NCBI GenBank assembly: GCA_900128565.1
Contig: LT635952.1
Location: 1-34,124 of the forward strand
Source: Stramenopiles sp. TOSAG23-6
Lineage: Eukaryota
Direction of reading: 5' to 3'
DNA: 34,124 nt
Under the pieces are notes generated by a model, which had not been told where the DNA came from, searched no databases, and saw only the letters and a program-made list of their open reading frames with translations. Numbering within the stretch: the stretch's first letter is position 1; the number at the start of each line of letters is the position of its first letter. This document shows positions 20,131 through 34,071 of the stretch, piece by piece. The translations under genes and the position numbers were made by a program.

Positions 20131-20324
20131 AAAATAAAATAGAGTAGTCTAAGCCTATATTCTAGGCTAAAAAAAGAAAAACAAAGAATAAAATAATCAT
20201 AAAACATATGCCGTTACCAACAGTTTACATTAGAATGTGATTAAAATAAGTGAAACAAATCTCCAAATATTTCCCCCGTTATCATCTTCCCACTAACCAA
20301 ATTATATAAGTCAAAATGAATTAC

Positions 20325-20756
20325 TTACTTGGTAGCTTTGTAGCCAGTGCGACTACGTTTTCTGTTTCTGCATACGCGGAGAGAAGTGTTCATCTTAGTC
20401 CAACGAGCAAGAGCAGCCTTTTCAAGGTCTGGGCGGAAGCGGCGAGTGTGGTTGCGGAGAGCTTTGACGTTTCCACGAAACCCACGAGCCAACTTGTAAG
20501 TTGAAACTGCTTTGTTAGGGCGAGCGAGATTCTTTGGAGCAGATTTGGTAATCTGTGCCTTACGCATAGCTTTTGATTCAGCTAAGAGTTCAGCGTTGAA
20601 ATCAATTCCAACAGTTTTTTCATTTGCGAGTCCAGAATACTTCTTGCAGTTCATAGCAGTAAGGTTTCTTGGTTCACTTGTGAATTGAGCATGTTTCTGC
20701 TTCTTAAGAAAGCAAGAGTTGGCTTTGACAATGTTCCAGACGATAGAGTTCGACAT
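20325..20756 (-). CDS. RPL28: 60S ribosomal protein L28, mirror copy
   Basis: Identical translation to 13331..13762. Confidence 0.95.
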   Translation of the reverse strand: MSNSIVWNIVKANSCFLKKQKHAQFTSEPRNLTAMNCKKYSGLANEKTVGIDFNAELLAESKAMRKAQITKSAPKNLARPNKAVSTYKLARGFRGNVKALRNHTRRFRPDLEKAALARWTKMNTSLRVCRNRKRSRTGYKATK

Positions 20757-21338
20757 TCTGTTATATAATAATTATGAAAACAAGGTTATTTTAGTTAGTC
20801 ACTGGTGGTTCTAGTGTGGGATAGAATATAAATGTACACATGAAAATATTGCCAATTGCGAGTGATAAAAAACAGGTTTTTGTATCAATGGTACGCGCAG
20901 GTACTGTATTTGAGAAACACCGGGAAAATAAACGCCATCATAGATAAGCTGGACACATTCTATACATTTAATTTAATGGTATTAATGTAACTTACTTTTT
21001 GAAGCTGGTAGATACGGTAGAAAAGAAAACACGCGGACGCAGAAAAGGGAACCAAAGGGCGAAAGGACGAAAGCACACAACAGAAGCAACCTCTTTGTAG
21101 TCAGCAGAAAAGAAAAAAATGTGACTAGTATGTTACCCGGTACTGGGCCCCGATTTCGTGACAATTTTGTGCTTTTGTGAACGTTCGAGAAGGACAGGTG
21201 AGTTCTTCATAATCATATTATGACGATATGCAAACAAAATGATATATATTATTCAAATTTCATTTATTTACCATTCATTCCAAAAGTGCAGGTATAAAAG
21301 TTTTTATGGGGTGAAAAAGCTAATCGAAGTTCAGAACT

Positions 21339-21992
21339 CTATAAGCAATCAGTGAGTTGTGTAAAAAAAGAGGCATTTGGGTTATCTAACAGATATTTTT
21401 GGTTTATACAATACCATGGTATAACTTCATTTGTTTTTTCACTTTCTGAATGTTTATGTAAGCGCCTAATTTCTTCTTTAATACCAGTATGACATAAAAT
21501 GCAACAACGTGCATTCTGACGGCCTAATTCAAAAGGAGAACAATCTCCACAAAATATGCTACCACATACTCTACAATGATGACGTCTATTAGACACTGTG
21601 AATTCCGTGCTACAATTGGTACATAAAGATGCACTTTCATCTGGTTGCCAGGAAGGTCTGTAATTTGCTATTTCTAAATCAACTACGGCATCTACATCGG
21701 GTTCTTTTTCCTCAGATCTATCACAGGAAAATATTTCTAATGGATCTTGACAGGCAATCCTTTTTGTAACAGAGTCTATAATGTGTTTAGTACATAGCCG
21801 AATTACTGGTTTATGCGTTTCTTCAACTACTCTTCTGTATCCCTGTTTCATTGTGAAGGATTCATCCTCAATGTCAACCGAAGAATTTGTACCTATTTGA
21901 ATATCAACCGAAGAATTTGCACCTATTTGAATGTATTCTGTTCGAGCGGGACACGAACAGTCAAGAACAAAACAAGTCGTTTCTCTCGACAT
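21339..21992 (-). CDS. FYVE zinc-finger protein, mirror copy
   Basis: Identical translation to 12095..12748. Confidence 0.88.
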   Translation of the reverse strand: MSRETTCFVLDCSCPARTEYIQIGANSSVDIQIGTNSSVDIEDESFTMKQGYRRVVEETHKPVIRLCTKHIIDSVTKRIACQDPLEIFSCDRSEEKEPDVDAVVDLEIANYRPSWQPDESASLCTNCSTEFTVSNRRHHCRVCGSIFCGDCSPFELGRQNARCCILCHTGIKEEIRRLHKHSESEKTNEVIPWYCINQKYLLDNPNASFFTQLTDCL

Positions 21993-22295
21993 ACTATTCG
22001 TTGTGCTTTTTTTCTAACCGCTGTATACTATATTGTTCGAATACCTGGCATTTTATGGTGAATGCTTGACATTTGAGTTGGAAAATTGTGAAATGATATC
22101 ATATATTGTATATAGATCCATATACAGTGTAAGATCCTCGAAGTTAACGTATCCCCGTTAAGTACAAATTTTTGGTACAAAAAAAGAACTTCGTTACTTC
22201 GACTTCTTCTATACAGACTACTAAAGGAGTGTTCAGTAGTATCCAAAACTAGATACGTCAGACATCTCGAACTTCTTCTTCCAAATTGAAAGAAT

Positions 22296-22904
22296 ATGAG
22301 TACTGCATTAGTTTTAAAGCAAAATAAAAGGAATCGCTTACAGACCAAATATGCTAAACAATTAGCTCGACATTGGAAAAATCGACCAAACAAAGGGAAA
22401 GCTTTCATTTGTGAACAGAGAGACTTAACGTCAGTCCAAGTTACGAAATTGAGAGACGCTTTTTGTTTATTTGATACAGCACAAACATCAAAAGTCCACG
22501 CGAAGTTCTTCCCAATGATAGTAAGAAGTGCAGGGCTAGTGCCATCGCAGCAGGAGTTGAATGAAGAATTAAGAAAAATTGGAAATAGAGAAGTTGATTT
22601 TGAAGAGCTGCTGGATTCAGCCAAGTCTTTTTCGACAAAAAACGCTACGGAAACGAATATGTTTGCAGCATTTAAGTTTTCATTTGATCCAGAAGGTACT
22701 GGATATGTTGATAGTCAGGAAGTTAAAGAAGCAGCTGAAATTGTTGATAAGCCAATGGATGATGATGAAATTCGGTTATTATTACAGTGGATAGGGATGA
22801 AAGACATCCACGGTATAAAACGTGAAACTCAGCGGTATAATAATAGCAATATTGCATTATTGAGAGGCTCCGATTTTATCCATTATTCGCAAACACGACA
22901 CTAA
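22296..22904 (+). CDS. Calmodulin/centrin-like EF-hand protein, mirror copy
   Basis: Identical translation to 11183..11791. Confidence 0.8.
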   Translation: MSTALVLKQNKRNRLQTKYAKQLARHWKNRPNKGKAFICEQRDLTSVQVTKLRDAFCLFDTAQTSKVHAKFFPMIVRSAGLVPSQQELNEELRKIGNREVDFEELLDSAKSFSTKNATETNMFAAFKFSFDPEGTGYVDSQEVKEAAEIVDKPMDDDEIRLLLQWIGMKDIHGIKRETQRYNNSNIALLRGSDFIHYSQTRH

Positions 22905-23406
22905 CATTATATTAATTGCTTTATACAATAAACAACTACTATATTTATATGTATGTGTTGTAGTTATTGAAAATGTAGCACAAAAAAATTTAGGAAGTTG
23001 AAATATTTTTTGCATAAAAAAAATCCCAAAATCCCAAATTTGATACAATTAATCTATACTACTAAAGGAAACGAAACATTACAACAACACACGATAAAAC
23101 ATTATCTTACGTCACAAGTTGATATTTCGGAAAGTATGCATAAAAGTGAAAGAGTCACGACGACTATCAAAAGATGAAAAATTAACAAAAATATACGCAA
23201 TAAAAAAAACTTTTTTCCAGGTGTGTATTTTTATTTGACTTTTCGGTATTTCGCAGTGCAGATTATCACCAAATTAAACACTTTACGTGTATTCATTTAG
23301 TGTCTACGCATGTATTCATTAAGTAAAAAGACAAAAAATCTCCAACGACGTTGGTAAACGTCGCAAACACTTAGAGAAGACTAGAGTCATCTCACGATAA
23401 CAACAT

Positions 23407-23904
23407 TTAGACGACAAATTCGTAACGAACAGGATAAAGGATTTTAGCCTTCTTTCCTTTCATCTTGATGATTTTACCAGCTTGTGGGAGTACAGGTGTA
23501 CGTTTCAAGCATACTGGAGCATCCTTTGGAGATACTCCTTTAGCTTTGCGAGTGTTCTTGATGAGTTCATTAGACTTAACACGGCTGATAAGTTCATCCC
23601 GGCACTTAGAGTGGTGAACGTGTTCAACACGGAGGTTGACGCGCTTCTTAAGGATGCGACCATTAACGTTCTTGTTGACAACAACACCAACAGCAGCCTT
23701 GGTGACATTGTAGATGACACCAGTACGGCCGTGGTAGAACTTGTGTGGCATACCTTTTTGGACCTTAGCGTTACACTTAATGTCAACGTAATCTCCAACC
23801 TTGTATACGGTGTTATACGTGGTCATGTTGATCAAACCATCCTGGCGGAACTTGTTACAGAACAAGTCACGCGTAGCTGCGCGGTAACCTTTGGTATGTG
23901 GCAT
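23407..23904 (-). CDS. RPL21: 60S ribosomal protein L21, mirror copy
   Basis: Identical translation to 10183..10680. Confidence 0.97.
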   Translation of the reverse strand: MPHTKGYRAATRDLFCNKFRQDGLINMTTYNTVYKVGDYVDIKCNAKVQKGMPHKFYHGRTGVIYNVTKAAVGVVVNKNVNGRILKKRVNLRVEHVHHSKCRDELISRVKSNELIKNTRKAKGVSPKDAPVCLKRTPVLPQAGKIIKMKGKKAKILYPVRYEFVV

Positions 23905-24195
23905 CTTCTTTAAATGTTTGTTTGGGCCTGGATAAACAACAGCAAGACAAACCGCACCACAAGGGAAAAAGCGACACGCAAGAAGAGCATTTTTTCAAGC
24001 TCGTCTTTGTGCTGAAATGATAACACGAAAACCACGAAAAAAAAAGCGCAAACCTGCTTCAATTAGATTTTTGAGAAAAAAAAAAAAACAGTCGAGTCAG
24101 ATCAATTTTTAATTACTTCCTAGATTCTCGTAGTACTGTACAAGATAATCTCAATTTGGTTCGACTTGTTCCAGAGAAGGGAATTATTTTTTATT

Positions 24196-26896
24196 ATGTG
24201 TGGCATTGCTGCAGCTATTTCAGAAAATCCTGAAACAGTCACTGCTTCAATAACAAAGTCATTACGTGTGATAGAACCCCGTGGTCCAGACTCTACTGGC
24301 AGGTGCAATGAACTCGGTGGAGCTTTACAGTTAGCTGCTTGTGTTTTACATCTCAGGGGTTCCACTGGTCCTACTAAACAACCACTAGTAGATAATAGAG
24401 GCAATGCTCTCCTCTGGAATGGGGAAGTATTTGGTGGCTTACATGTTGGGCCGAACAAAAACGATACCATATGCGTCTTAGAGCAGCTCAGTGCCAGCAA
24501 CACACCAGAGGAAATAGTCGCAATAATGGGAAGTATATACGGCCCTTGGTCGTTTGTTTATTGGAAGCCTGAAAAACATATTGTTGGTACTAATTCAAAC
24601 CCTGCAGGAACTTTATATTTTGGTCGCGATCCTAGAGGTCGGCGTAGTCTAATGGCATCTCCTGGTATATTTCAAGAGCAATCAACAAAATCCTTAAATT
24701 CAACTGATAATGATGTTCTCTCAACTGATAATGATGTTGACTCTACTGTTTTTCGGGCTGGTATGATGAACGACTTATTCATAGCATCTGTTAGTCCAAC
24801 AGATATTGTTAATTCACCAACGACAACAAGAAAATGGTTAGAAATTCCACCACTTGGAATTTTTAGTGTTCATCTCTCACTAAATGATCAAGGTTGTTTA
24901 ATTGTTCCTCTTGAGGTAAAACTTCACAAGTGGACACAAAACCTTACTTTTAGCCAACTGCCAATTCGTAATAGACTACTCCCACGTACAACTGCAGCAG
25001 ATTTACTATTAGAGGCCTTGAAATCTTCAGTGGCAAAACGAATTTCTAATTTAGCTTCACATAAATTTCCTATAGATTGTCGTTCTTCTTCTGAATCAGA
25101 TTCTCATTTTTCACCTGCACGTATCGGGATTTTATTTTCCGGTGGCTTAGATTCAATGATTATAGCTGCATTATGCATAGATCTAATGCCAAGCAATGAA
25201 CCCTTAGATTTAATTAATGTTTGTTTTGACTCGGAATCAATGTTTCTTTCCCCTGATCGAAAAAGTGCACTATTCGGATTTAGCAAATTACTTGGACTAT
25301 GGCATCAAAAACATATCAAAGATAAAAACCAAAACAATACAACAAGAACAACAACAACACTTAGACTTCTCTTATGCAATGAAACTTTTGAAAATGTCCG
25401 AAAAGAATCGAAAACTATAGAACAACTTATTCATCCTAAAACGTCAAATATGGATTTTAATATTGGTGCTGCTTTATGGTTTGCATCAAAAGGTTTAGCA
25501 ACTGGAGGAATAATTACAAATATATCTGAATTAAACCGTCACTTGTATGTTTTATTTTTTTTTTTAACAAAAAAATCGAATTTATTTTGCGTACGAAATT
25601 TTGTACCTAACGAATTGTTTTTTGAAATATTTTTCCAAAATACTTGGATGCTATAAATGATGTAAATAATATTCATACAGAAACAAAAATACGTGAGTTA
25701 GTTCTAGTTGATGAGAAAAGTAGACAAAACAGAATAAATAGGAGAAACAAAATGAGACAATGCAATCAAATATCTAATGCTACAGGACTGAGTGATGATC
25801 ATTCTAATGATAAAGAAAATAGTCATACAAAAAATACAATGACATCGAAACAATATTCAGCTCAATGCCATGGTCGTTTTATCAAAGGGAAGAATTGCAA
25901 AAAAAATCCACATGCTGATTGTGAGTTCTTATGTTGCATTTCGTGTTGTCATCGTACACATACTTTACTTCGTCAAGTATTTCTTTCAGAAATGAAAACA
26001 AATAATAACAATGAAAAACACAATACTAAGTTTTTGGAATTTTCTGCAAAAACAAATTTAGAACACTTGGATATTGATATTTCTGCATACTCAAATGCAG
26101 CAGATCAAGGTATAAACAGTGGTATTCTTAAAAACGAAGTCATTTTCTGTCGAAGTCATGCAAAACAACTTGTAAAAAAGATGAAAAAAAGAAAAAATAA
26201 GAAAAAGACAACAAATCCAAATAATAAAAATATGAAAATTGACACATCAAAAAAACAAAAACTTGAAACAAAAAATGTTGAAAATATGAAAATTGACACA
26301 TCAAAAAAACAAAATATTGAAACAAAAAATGACGTTTCGTATCAAAGTTGTGCGCGTGTTTTACTTACTGGTACTGGTGCTGATGAATACGCAGGTGGGT
26401 ACGGAAGGCACAAATTTGCATATACACAAAATGGCAGAATGGGATTGGCGAGAGAATTAAATCTTGATCAGTGTCGAATGTACGTTTTCATCCTGAATTT
26501 CAATTTTTTTTTCATACGACATTTTGTACCTAACGATTTTTTTTGAAATATTTTTCACAATACATGTGGCAAAGAAATTTCGGAAGAGATGATCGCATAC
26601 TTTCTGTTCATGGCAGAGAGGCAAGATTTCCTTTTTTAGATGAAAATGTGACTTGTTTACTTCGATCTCTTCCATTGGATATTATTGTAGATTTTTCATT
26701 GCCACGTGGCATGGGCGATAAATTGATTATTCGAGATGTTGCTCGAATTTTAGGATTAGATACAGCTGCTAGCCTACCAAAACGAGCTATTCAATTTGGT
26801 ACAAGAATTGCTAAACAATCTAATGTTTGGTGTTATGGCAGTAGTACAGCTGCAAACAAGCACGCCGCCGGTAGTGCAAAAGTAAAATTTTTATAA
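24196..26896 (+). CDS. ASNSD1: ASNSD1-like protein, mirror copy (introns 25545-25645, 26480-26565)
   Basis: Reverse complement of 7191..9891. Confidence 0.92.
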
Positions 26897-27062
26897 ATGC
26901 TTTGATATTTCGTGTATTTTTCTTTTTTTTTTTTTTGTCGACGGTTACTTTTACAAATCGTTTTTTTTAACGTTTATCCCTTCTGTGTTTTGAGATACGA
27001 CAAAACTTGTGTGTTTTTCTTTTACCCACAAATTACGTACTTCATTTCCGATACATTACACC

Positions 27063-29223
27063 ATGGAAGATATCATCAACGAAACAAGGCAACACTTTGA
27101 TGGGCTCATTTTCAAGCCAAAAATGTCGGATAAACTACTTGGAAAACCCCCATTTAGGTTCCTACACGATATCATTTCGAATGTAAATAAGGAAACGGGG
27201 TTCGGTGAAGGTTTATATGAAGGTGAAGAGTTAAATGGTAAAGCAATTCGAGGGAAAGGTCCAAAAATTGCGTATCTTAACAAAATAATAGCTTTAGTAG
27301 GTCTTGCCCAAGGCACACCAGTAGATGTGAATCCAAATAAAGTTGTTGCAGGCAAAGAACCTGAGAGAACAAACGGATTCCTTCAGCAACTCGCCATTTG
27401 TGCCAAAGAATCTGCCTCAGATAACGATCCATTAGTCGAACGGGTACTGAATGGGGAAACTCCTGGGAGTGGCGGCGGGCGCATAATGAAACAGTCTTCT
27501 AGTAAGAAAGGATCAACAGAAGGAAAAATATCTCTAGAAGAAAGTAAATCGACACTAGAATCTGAACCAAAAAAGCCTAAAAAANGTCGTGAACGTATAC
27601 AAGAGCCAGAGGATGCTCCACCATCACAAGAGCAATCAGATTTTGATCTTAAGAATACTGTAGAAACAGGTTCCCGTGAACGAGAAAGTAAAGATGAAGG
27701 GAAACATCAAATTGAGTCACGTCGCCCCCAATCTCCCGAAATGTCAAAATTTTCTGAAGCAGACTCTACACCAAAACATCAAAGTTCAAAACACAGTGAT
27801 GAACAATTGGACCTAAGTGTTTTGACTGGGGATCTTGAAGAATGTAGGGAAAGAATATCCGCAATCATATCAAAACCAAGATTAAGTGATAAATTACTCG
27901 GAAAACCTCCATTTCGTTTCTTATTTGATGTGATTACTAATATATGCAATGCGCGAAATTATCAAACAGAACTTTATGGTGACGATGAGAAAAATTCAAA
28001 GGCTATTAAAGGGAAAGAAATGAAAATAGGATATTTACAAAAAATCGTAGATGCAGTGAATGCAGATTTAGGTGTAATTTGTGATATTAATTTATCAAAA
28101 GTAGTCGCGGGTAAAGAGACTGAAAAAACTCGACGTTTTCTAGAATATTTAGTTGTAGCTGCTACTGGTAGTACTGATATTTCGTCAAACACTAACTCGA
28201 GTACTTCTCGTATTCAAAATACAGATTCATCATTGTCGGCAATGGCACATTCATCAACACGGGAAGAAAAGGAATCACAAAATTCGCGAATATCTGATGT
28301 AGATATGGATACAAAACAAGATGTGCCTTCCAAGCCAAGGCGACCTTCGAAATCGAAAAAGAAGAGTAGTGCTACAGAATTCGAAGCACCATCTGAAAGA
28401 CCAAGGACACAACGTCTTGCAAGACCTACAACTGCCCGTAGGAGACCTCCTACAGTAAGAGAGAATGTGCGCAAAGTATCTGATCTCAAAAATATTGATC
28501 CAGATGCTGAAGTGGGTAATGTGATTACTGAAGATGCCAAAGATTCAGAGGATGATTCTGATGATGAACAAAAAGAGTCTAAAAATGATGACTTTCGTTT
28601 AGATTCCCAAGCTGATGATTACGGTGGTAATAAATCTAAGCTTGTAAGAGAAATTGAGGCCGCTGAAACCAATAGGGCAGATGAAGCTAAACGTGCAGAA
28701 AATTCTGAATCAAAGAAAACATCACAGAAAAAAGGAATTCGTATGGGAAGAGTCGGAAAAAAACAAAAATCAGGTAGAAAAAAAACCACAGTGAATGTCA
28801 AAGAATTACGTATAGGTATACAGAAATTGTGCAAAAGTACTAATCCTTTAGGTAAGTGCATGTATGTTTTGTTTTTCAATTTTGAATTTATGTTTTTTTT
28901 TTCGTACTCAATTTTGTACCTAACAAATTTAAAAAATATATATTTTTTAACAGTACATGGATTTTGTTCATGAAGATATGGAAATGATGAAAAAAGAATT
29001 AATACAATGGCGTTGTGAGTATGAAAAATATACGGCTGAATTCGAAGACATTGAACGATCACAAGAAGATGAAATAAAAGGTTTGTATGCTGAATTGGAA
29101 GCGCAAGAAAAATCAATAAAAGATCAAATGACAAAGATTAATACAGTAAAGGCAAAGATTGCAAGGAATGACTCTAGAATAGCGGAATTACTACAAATGG
29201 TGATAAATGCATACCAACAGTAA
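27063..29223 (+). CDS. IFT54: IFT54/TRAF3IP1, mirror copy (intron 28862-28958)
   Basis: Reverse complement of 4864..7024. Confidence 0.92.
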
Positions 29224-29352
29224 AATGTTTAAAAAAATAATTTTCAAGTAAAAACATTCTTCATTTGTATTATTTATATTTAAGTATATTTAAGTATTGC
29301 ATGTAGAACACCTTAGCTTACCAAAAGCTCACAATTGAAATTAGAAATTGTC

Positions 29353-31186
29353 CTATTTATACTTTTCTTTGCTTTCCATGTTTTGTTTATACCCTAACAT
29401 CGATATTGTCAAATTTGGTGCAATTTCAACAAGTTCTGTTGGCATTAAAATCTCTAAAATTTTCAAAAATAGATAATCAATTACAATAATAATGCAACAA
29501 AGTGGACCAAAAATAGTTCCAATTTGACTATATGTTTGAAATCTTTTCAATACCGATGTAGTCGGAAGATTTATACGTATTGTGAAAAAATATTTCGAAA
29601 AAAAAAAAATGTTACGTACGAAATTTCGTATAAAAAAAAAAAAATTGAAATTTGAAATAAAAAAGGTACCACTCGATCATATACAATTTCAGTACGTTCC
29701 GCAACATTTTCCCAATTATACATTGTAGTTAAAGATTCATGAAAATGAGCGCGATATGTTGTGAAAAAATATTTTTTTCAGTAAAAATATTTTGTTAGGT
29801 ATGAAAGTTTCTACTTACAAAAAAAAAATTTTGAAATTTTGAAAATTTAATTTTGAAAATGTACATCGACGAAAGCAAGATTTTTGAAAGATCGTTGCAA
29901 TGTTTGAGATAAATCGGCAGCGTTTGGTGAAGAAAAACTGATCATTTCTGGTGGTAAGACTTCTGGTACTCCTCCTACTTTTGTTGAAACTACATAAAGA
30001 CCACATATATTGTGAAAGAATATGTATACAATAGATTCGATTTTTTTGTTAAGTATATTACTACAATAAAACCCCAAAAAAACCCTTAGGTACAAAATTT
30101 AGTACGAAAAAAAAACAGAATTTGAAATTCGTATTGGTGAAAACGTACAAGAAGCAGCTTCAAGAATTGCGATACAAAAAGATTCTGTCAGACTACAATT
30201 TAGAAATATATGACCTCTCACTAAAACATCTCGAACATTTCGGTGTGGCACTGAGCCTAATATTTCTATTCTATCTTGTAGACATATTTTGATGAAAAAT
30301 ATTTCAAATTCGAATTTCGTTAGGTACGGAATTTGGTACGAATTTGTTTTTTTGAAATGAATGATGAAAACAAACATTCTTTTTCTCTCATTTCCTCGAG
30401 AAGCAATCGTTTCGGACCATCGCCTCCAATAATAAAATGAACATTAGGACAATCACGACATACAAGAGGTATCATTTGCACAAGTAAATCAATACCTTTC
30501 CTAAATGCCATTCTGCTAATTACGACAACATTAATTACATCTGATTCAGTAGGAAACTTCGTAAAGTGTGGCTTTTCAAAATCAGGGGTGAATTTTGATG
30601 AATCTACAGCATTAGGAATTGCGGATACTATTTCAGGCGCAAGTGATGCCCGTAATACTAAATTTTCCCGACAGGTGTGTGAAACACATATTGCGTGATC
30701 AATATTACATAGAGTAAAGGAAAGGACTTTATTTGCGTGAATGCTTGCGAGATCCGCAAAACCAAAAAGCGAATGATCCGTATACACAACTTTGTATGAC
30801 ATAGTTTGAGCATGAAGTATGCACTCATGAGTTAACTGAGATGTTGCCTGGTGACCATGCACAATGTCTATTTTTTCCCGAATAAGAATCTGACGAAACA
30901 AAGGGAAAAATCCATACAGTGTGGGGAAAGTACATTGATCTGCCATTACTGCAAGGGGAGCATAATACACTTTGAGACCGTTGACCATGTAACGCACACC
31001 TACACGATTTTCGTAATTATGTGTCAAAATCACGACTTTATGTCCTCGTTTTAAAAGGCACTGAGCAAGACTAAAGACGTGCATTTCTACCCCACCTAAT
31101 CTAGGGTAAAAAAAGTCACATACAAAAAGAATAGAACGCTTTTGCTTTCCAACAATTGGTGAGGTAGCATTATTCAAGACTGGCAT
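29353..31186 (-). CDS. PIGA: PIGA, mirror copy (4 introns)
   Basis: Reverse complement of 2901..4734. Confidence 0.95.
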
Positions 31187-31391
31187 TATTGTCGTGAAAT
31201 TAGCTACTGCATTTTATTGAAAAGAAATAATTGCATTGCTTTTTTATCTCTCGTGTTCGTGTTTGATATTTTTTTTGACCTCCGGAGTCCTGACTGGGAC
31301 GAAAGTCAAAAAAAAAATTTGACCACGGCTAAATAAATTTGAAATTCACAAACATATGGTAAACTTAATTAAAAATATTAAATATTTTCAT

Positions 31392-32795
31392 TTATAATTC
31401 TGATAATTCTCCATCCTTTTTAAAGTTTTGAGGTTTTCTAAGTTCTGACATACATGACTGGAGTAACATACTCATACTATTACTATTTATATATTTGAAG
31501 ACTTTATGTATACCCAGAATTGGTAATTTATTAGTATTTTTTGGTACAATTTCTTCAACAAAAACATTTTGTGCAGTTTCAAATGGTAACAAAGTAAATT
31601 TTTGTTTTTTTGACCTATGCAACCAATCAGCAAATTGGTAGGTATTTTGGAAAAATATTTCAAAAAAAAATCGTTAGGTACAAAATTTCGTACGAAAAAA
31701 AAATTAGAATTTGAAAAAAAATAAAACATACAGTCTTCCATTTCTAGTGTTCTTACTCCATTTGTAATTAAATGCTTCATTGCTGAAGTCTTTCGAAGAG
31801 AAAGACCCCCGTTTCCTCCAACACAGAGATAGCTGCTAGGGTTGTTGAAACATAATTTCCAGGGAGAGCCATGAAATCTGAAAAAATATATTTTAAATTA
31901 TAAATCCGTTAGGTATATACAAAAAAAAATATTTTAAATTCTAATTTCGTTAGCTGGGTATACAACAAAAAAAATATGAAATAAAGTGAAGAACGTACTA
32001 CATAGTCAAAATCTTTATATTTTTCAATTCCAAAACGGCAAAGGAAGGAATCAGTTTGGAATATTAAAACTGTATCAGCACTAACTTTCTCCCAAAACTT
32101 CATATCAAGAAGAATTTGACTATATATGTATTGTGAAAAAATATATCAAATTTAAATTTTTCTTAGGTACAAAATTTCGTACGAAACAAAAATTTGAAAT
32201 TCATGATGAAAACATACACCCTACGATGAAGATTCCAATGCCCGCTGCTTTCATTCTCTTTTTCCTGTAGCGATACCCAAGAGGCCCATTTATTCTGAAG
32301 CCATAAAGGCCAAGTATTTGATTGCATACTTTTATATACATTATATAAATTTGTAAATTTAATCCTTTTGAGTATAGCTTTGTTATAAGTGCAACTATTA
32401 GTAGTCACAGAACAATTTAGGGACAAATTATCTCTTATAAATTGTAGATTATCTGGCCCGTGGAATATTTGTAAACCCCAATTAGGTCCAAGATAAAACA
32501 TCACCGAGCGAACAACAATTCCTATACAAGGATGGCTGCGTGGCTCTATCAAAATACCGGCTTTGTCCCATTTTTGTGAGTTACTAGAGTTTGAAGGGTG
32601 TGCTATCTTAATTGGCAATTCAAGAGCTGTTGGACCAGCTTCCATTATCATTTGATTCCATACAATGTTATCTGTTTCATAACTAGCGCATGCAAGAGAT
32701 TGGGCATGTAGGTCTTTGAATACGCTATGTTTTGATGAAGATGGAATCGTCAATCGTAGACACATCATGACGACAAAGAAATCTAGTGAGCTCAT
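31392..32795 (-). CDS. DUF5672-like protein, mirror copy with intact third intron
   Basis: Reverse complement of 1330..2695 plus 38 nt at 31640..31677. Confidence 0.7.
31640..31731 (-). other. Repeat-family non-canonical intron (GT...CT, 92 nt), complete only in right arm; left-arm remnant 2394..2447
   Basis: gac t|GTATGTTTT...CGTACGAAATTTTGTACCTAACG...TTCCAAAATACCT|ac caa ttt gives E-D-Y-Q-F. No AG in the insert and the first downstream AG is out of frame. Confidence 0.8.
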
Positions 32796-33303
32796 TGAGA
32801 CTCAGACTTGCACACTTGTAAAGCTTCTAGAGTATAATTCACCAATTTATTGTAAAAATACGCTGCTATTCCTGATGATTATTTTTCCCTAATAGAAAGA
32901 GAATTTTTTGATTCCATTCAAATTTTTTATTCTCTTGATTAAATTTTCACTTATTCGATTTTCGAAATTCAAATTTTGAACAAATTGAAATGCGTTTCAA
33001 AGGTTGGAGAAAAGAGAAAATTTAAATTTGGAACAGGTTTGTCGTTATTAGATTACAAATATCTCCGTCGTTTCTTCCGTTATCCTTTCGCTTTTCTTCA
33101 GTTCTTTCCGGAGGTTTTTGGATAGACGTTACAATATACAGTACTCATTTTATCGTATCTTCTTATCGCATATACTAAGAATATTAGTACACCGCATATA
33201 CTAAGAATATTAGTACACCAGCATCCGACTAATATATTTCAATTGAGAGATTTACTGAGGATATATCCCAATTATAAAAAAAGAAATAAAAAACAGAGAT
33301 AGA

Positions 33304-34071
33304 ATGCAAGAAGAAGAGGGAAAGACAACAGAATATACTACAACAACAACAGTCAGTGAGACGCGTAGTTACAACGGGAAAAAATACCCACAGGTTGACA
33401 CAAAAGTAAGCGCTGGTGGCGGAACAATACGAGGTTTTGCGACCACGGGAAATCCTTCAATTTGGAAACGAGCCACAAAGACAATGTCATTCACAAGAAG
33501 AAGCAAGAAAAAGAAGAAAAAGCCCAAAAGCCTTCAAGAAGAAAAAGAAAAGAAATCTCATCATCATCATCATCATCGAAAACATTCAGTTGATCAACCG
33601 GAACACCATCATCAACATCATCATCATTCGAAACACCATCATCAACATAACCAGCACCAATTAACACCCAATTCTATTGGTTCTATGTCTGCCCTTCAAA
33701 AAATAGAGCATGCAATTGTAGACGAGGTTCAAGCAATTGAAGACGAAGTAACAAAAGACGCAAATATTTTGGAGTCCAAAGCAAAACAATTCCTCATAAA
33801 GGAGGAGAAACAAGTAATTGGATTGTGGAATTCGTTTAAACATTTTATTACGAGTCCAAGAAAATCTACTAAAGTGGATAAAACTGATAAAAATCGTAAA
33901 AATCATCATCGCCATCATCATCATCAAAATGATTCCATGGTTGATAAATATAATGGAAATAATTTATCTGAAAATGATGTTCGTTGTATCAAATTATTCA
34001 ATCGATGGGAAGATGAAAAAAATGAAAAAAAACAAAATCGTAGACATAGGAATACAAAAGAACAAACGAAT
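33304..34071 (+). CDS. His-rich unknown protein exon 1, mirror copy
   Basis: Open frame from ATG 33304 to the GT donor at 34072. Confidence 0.7.
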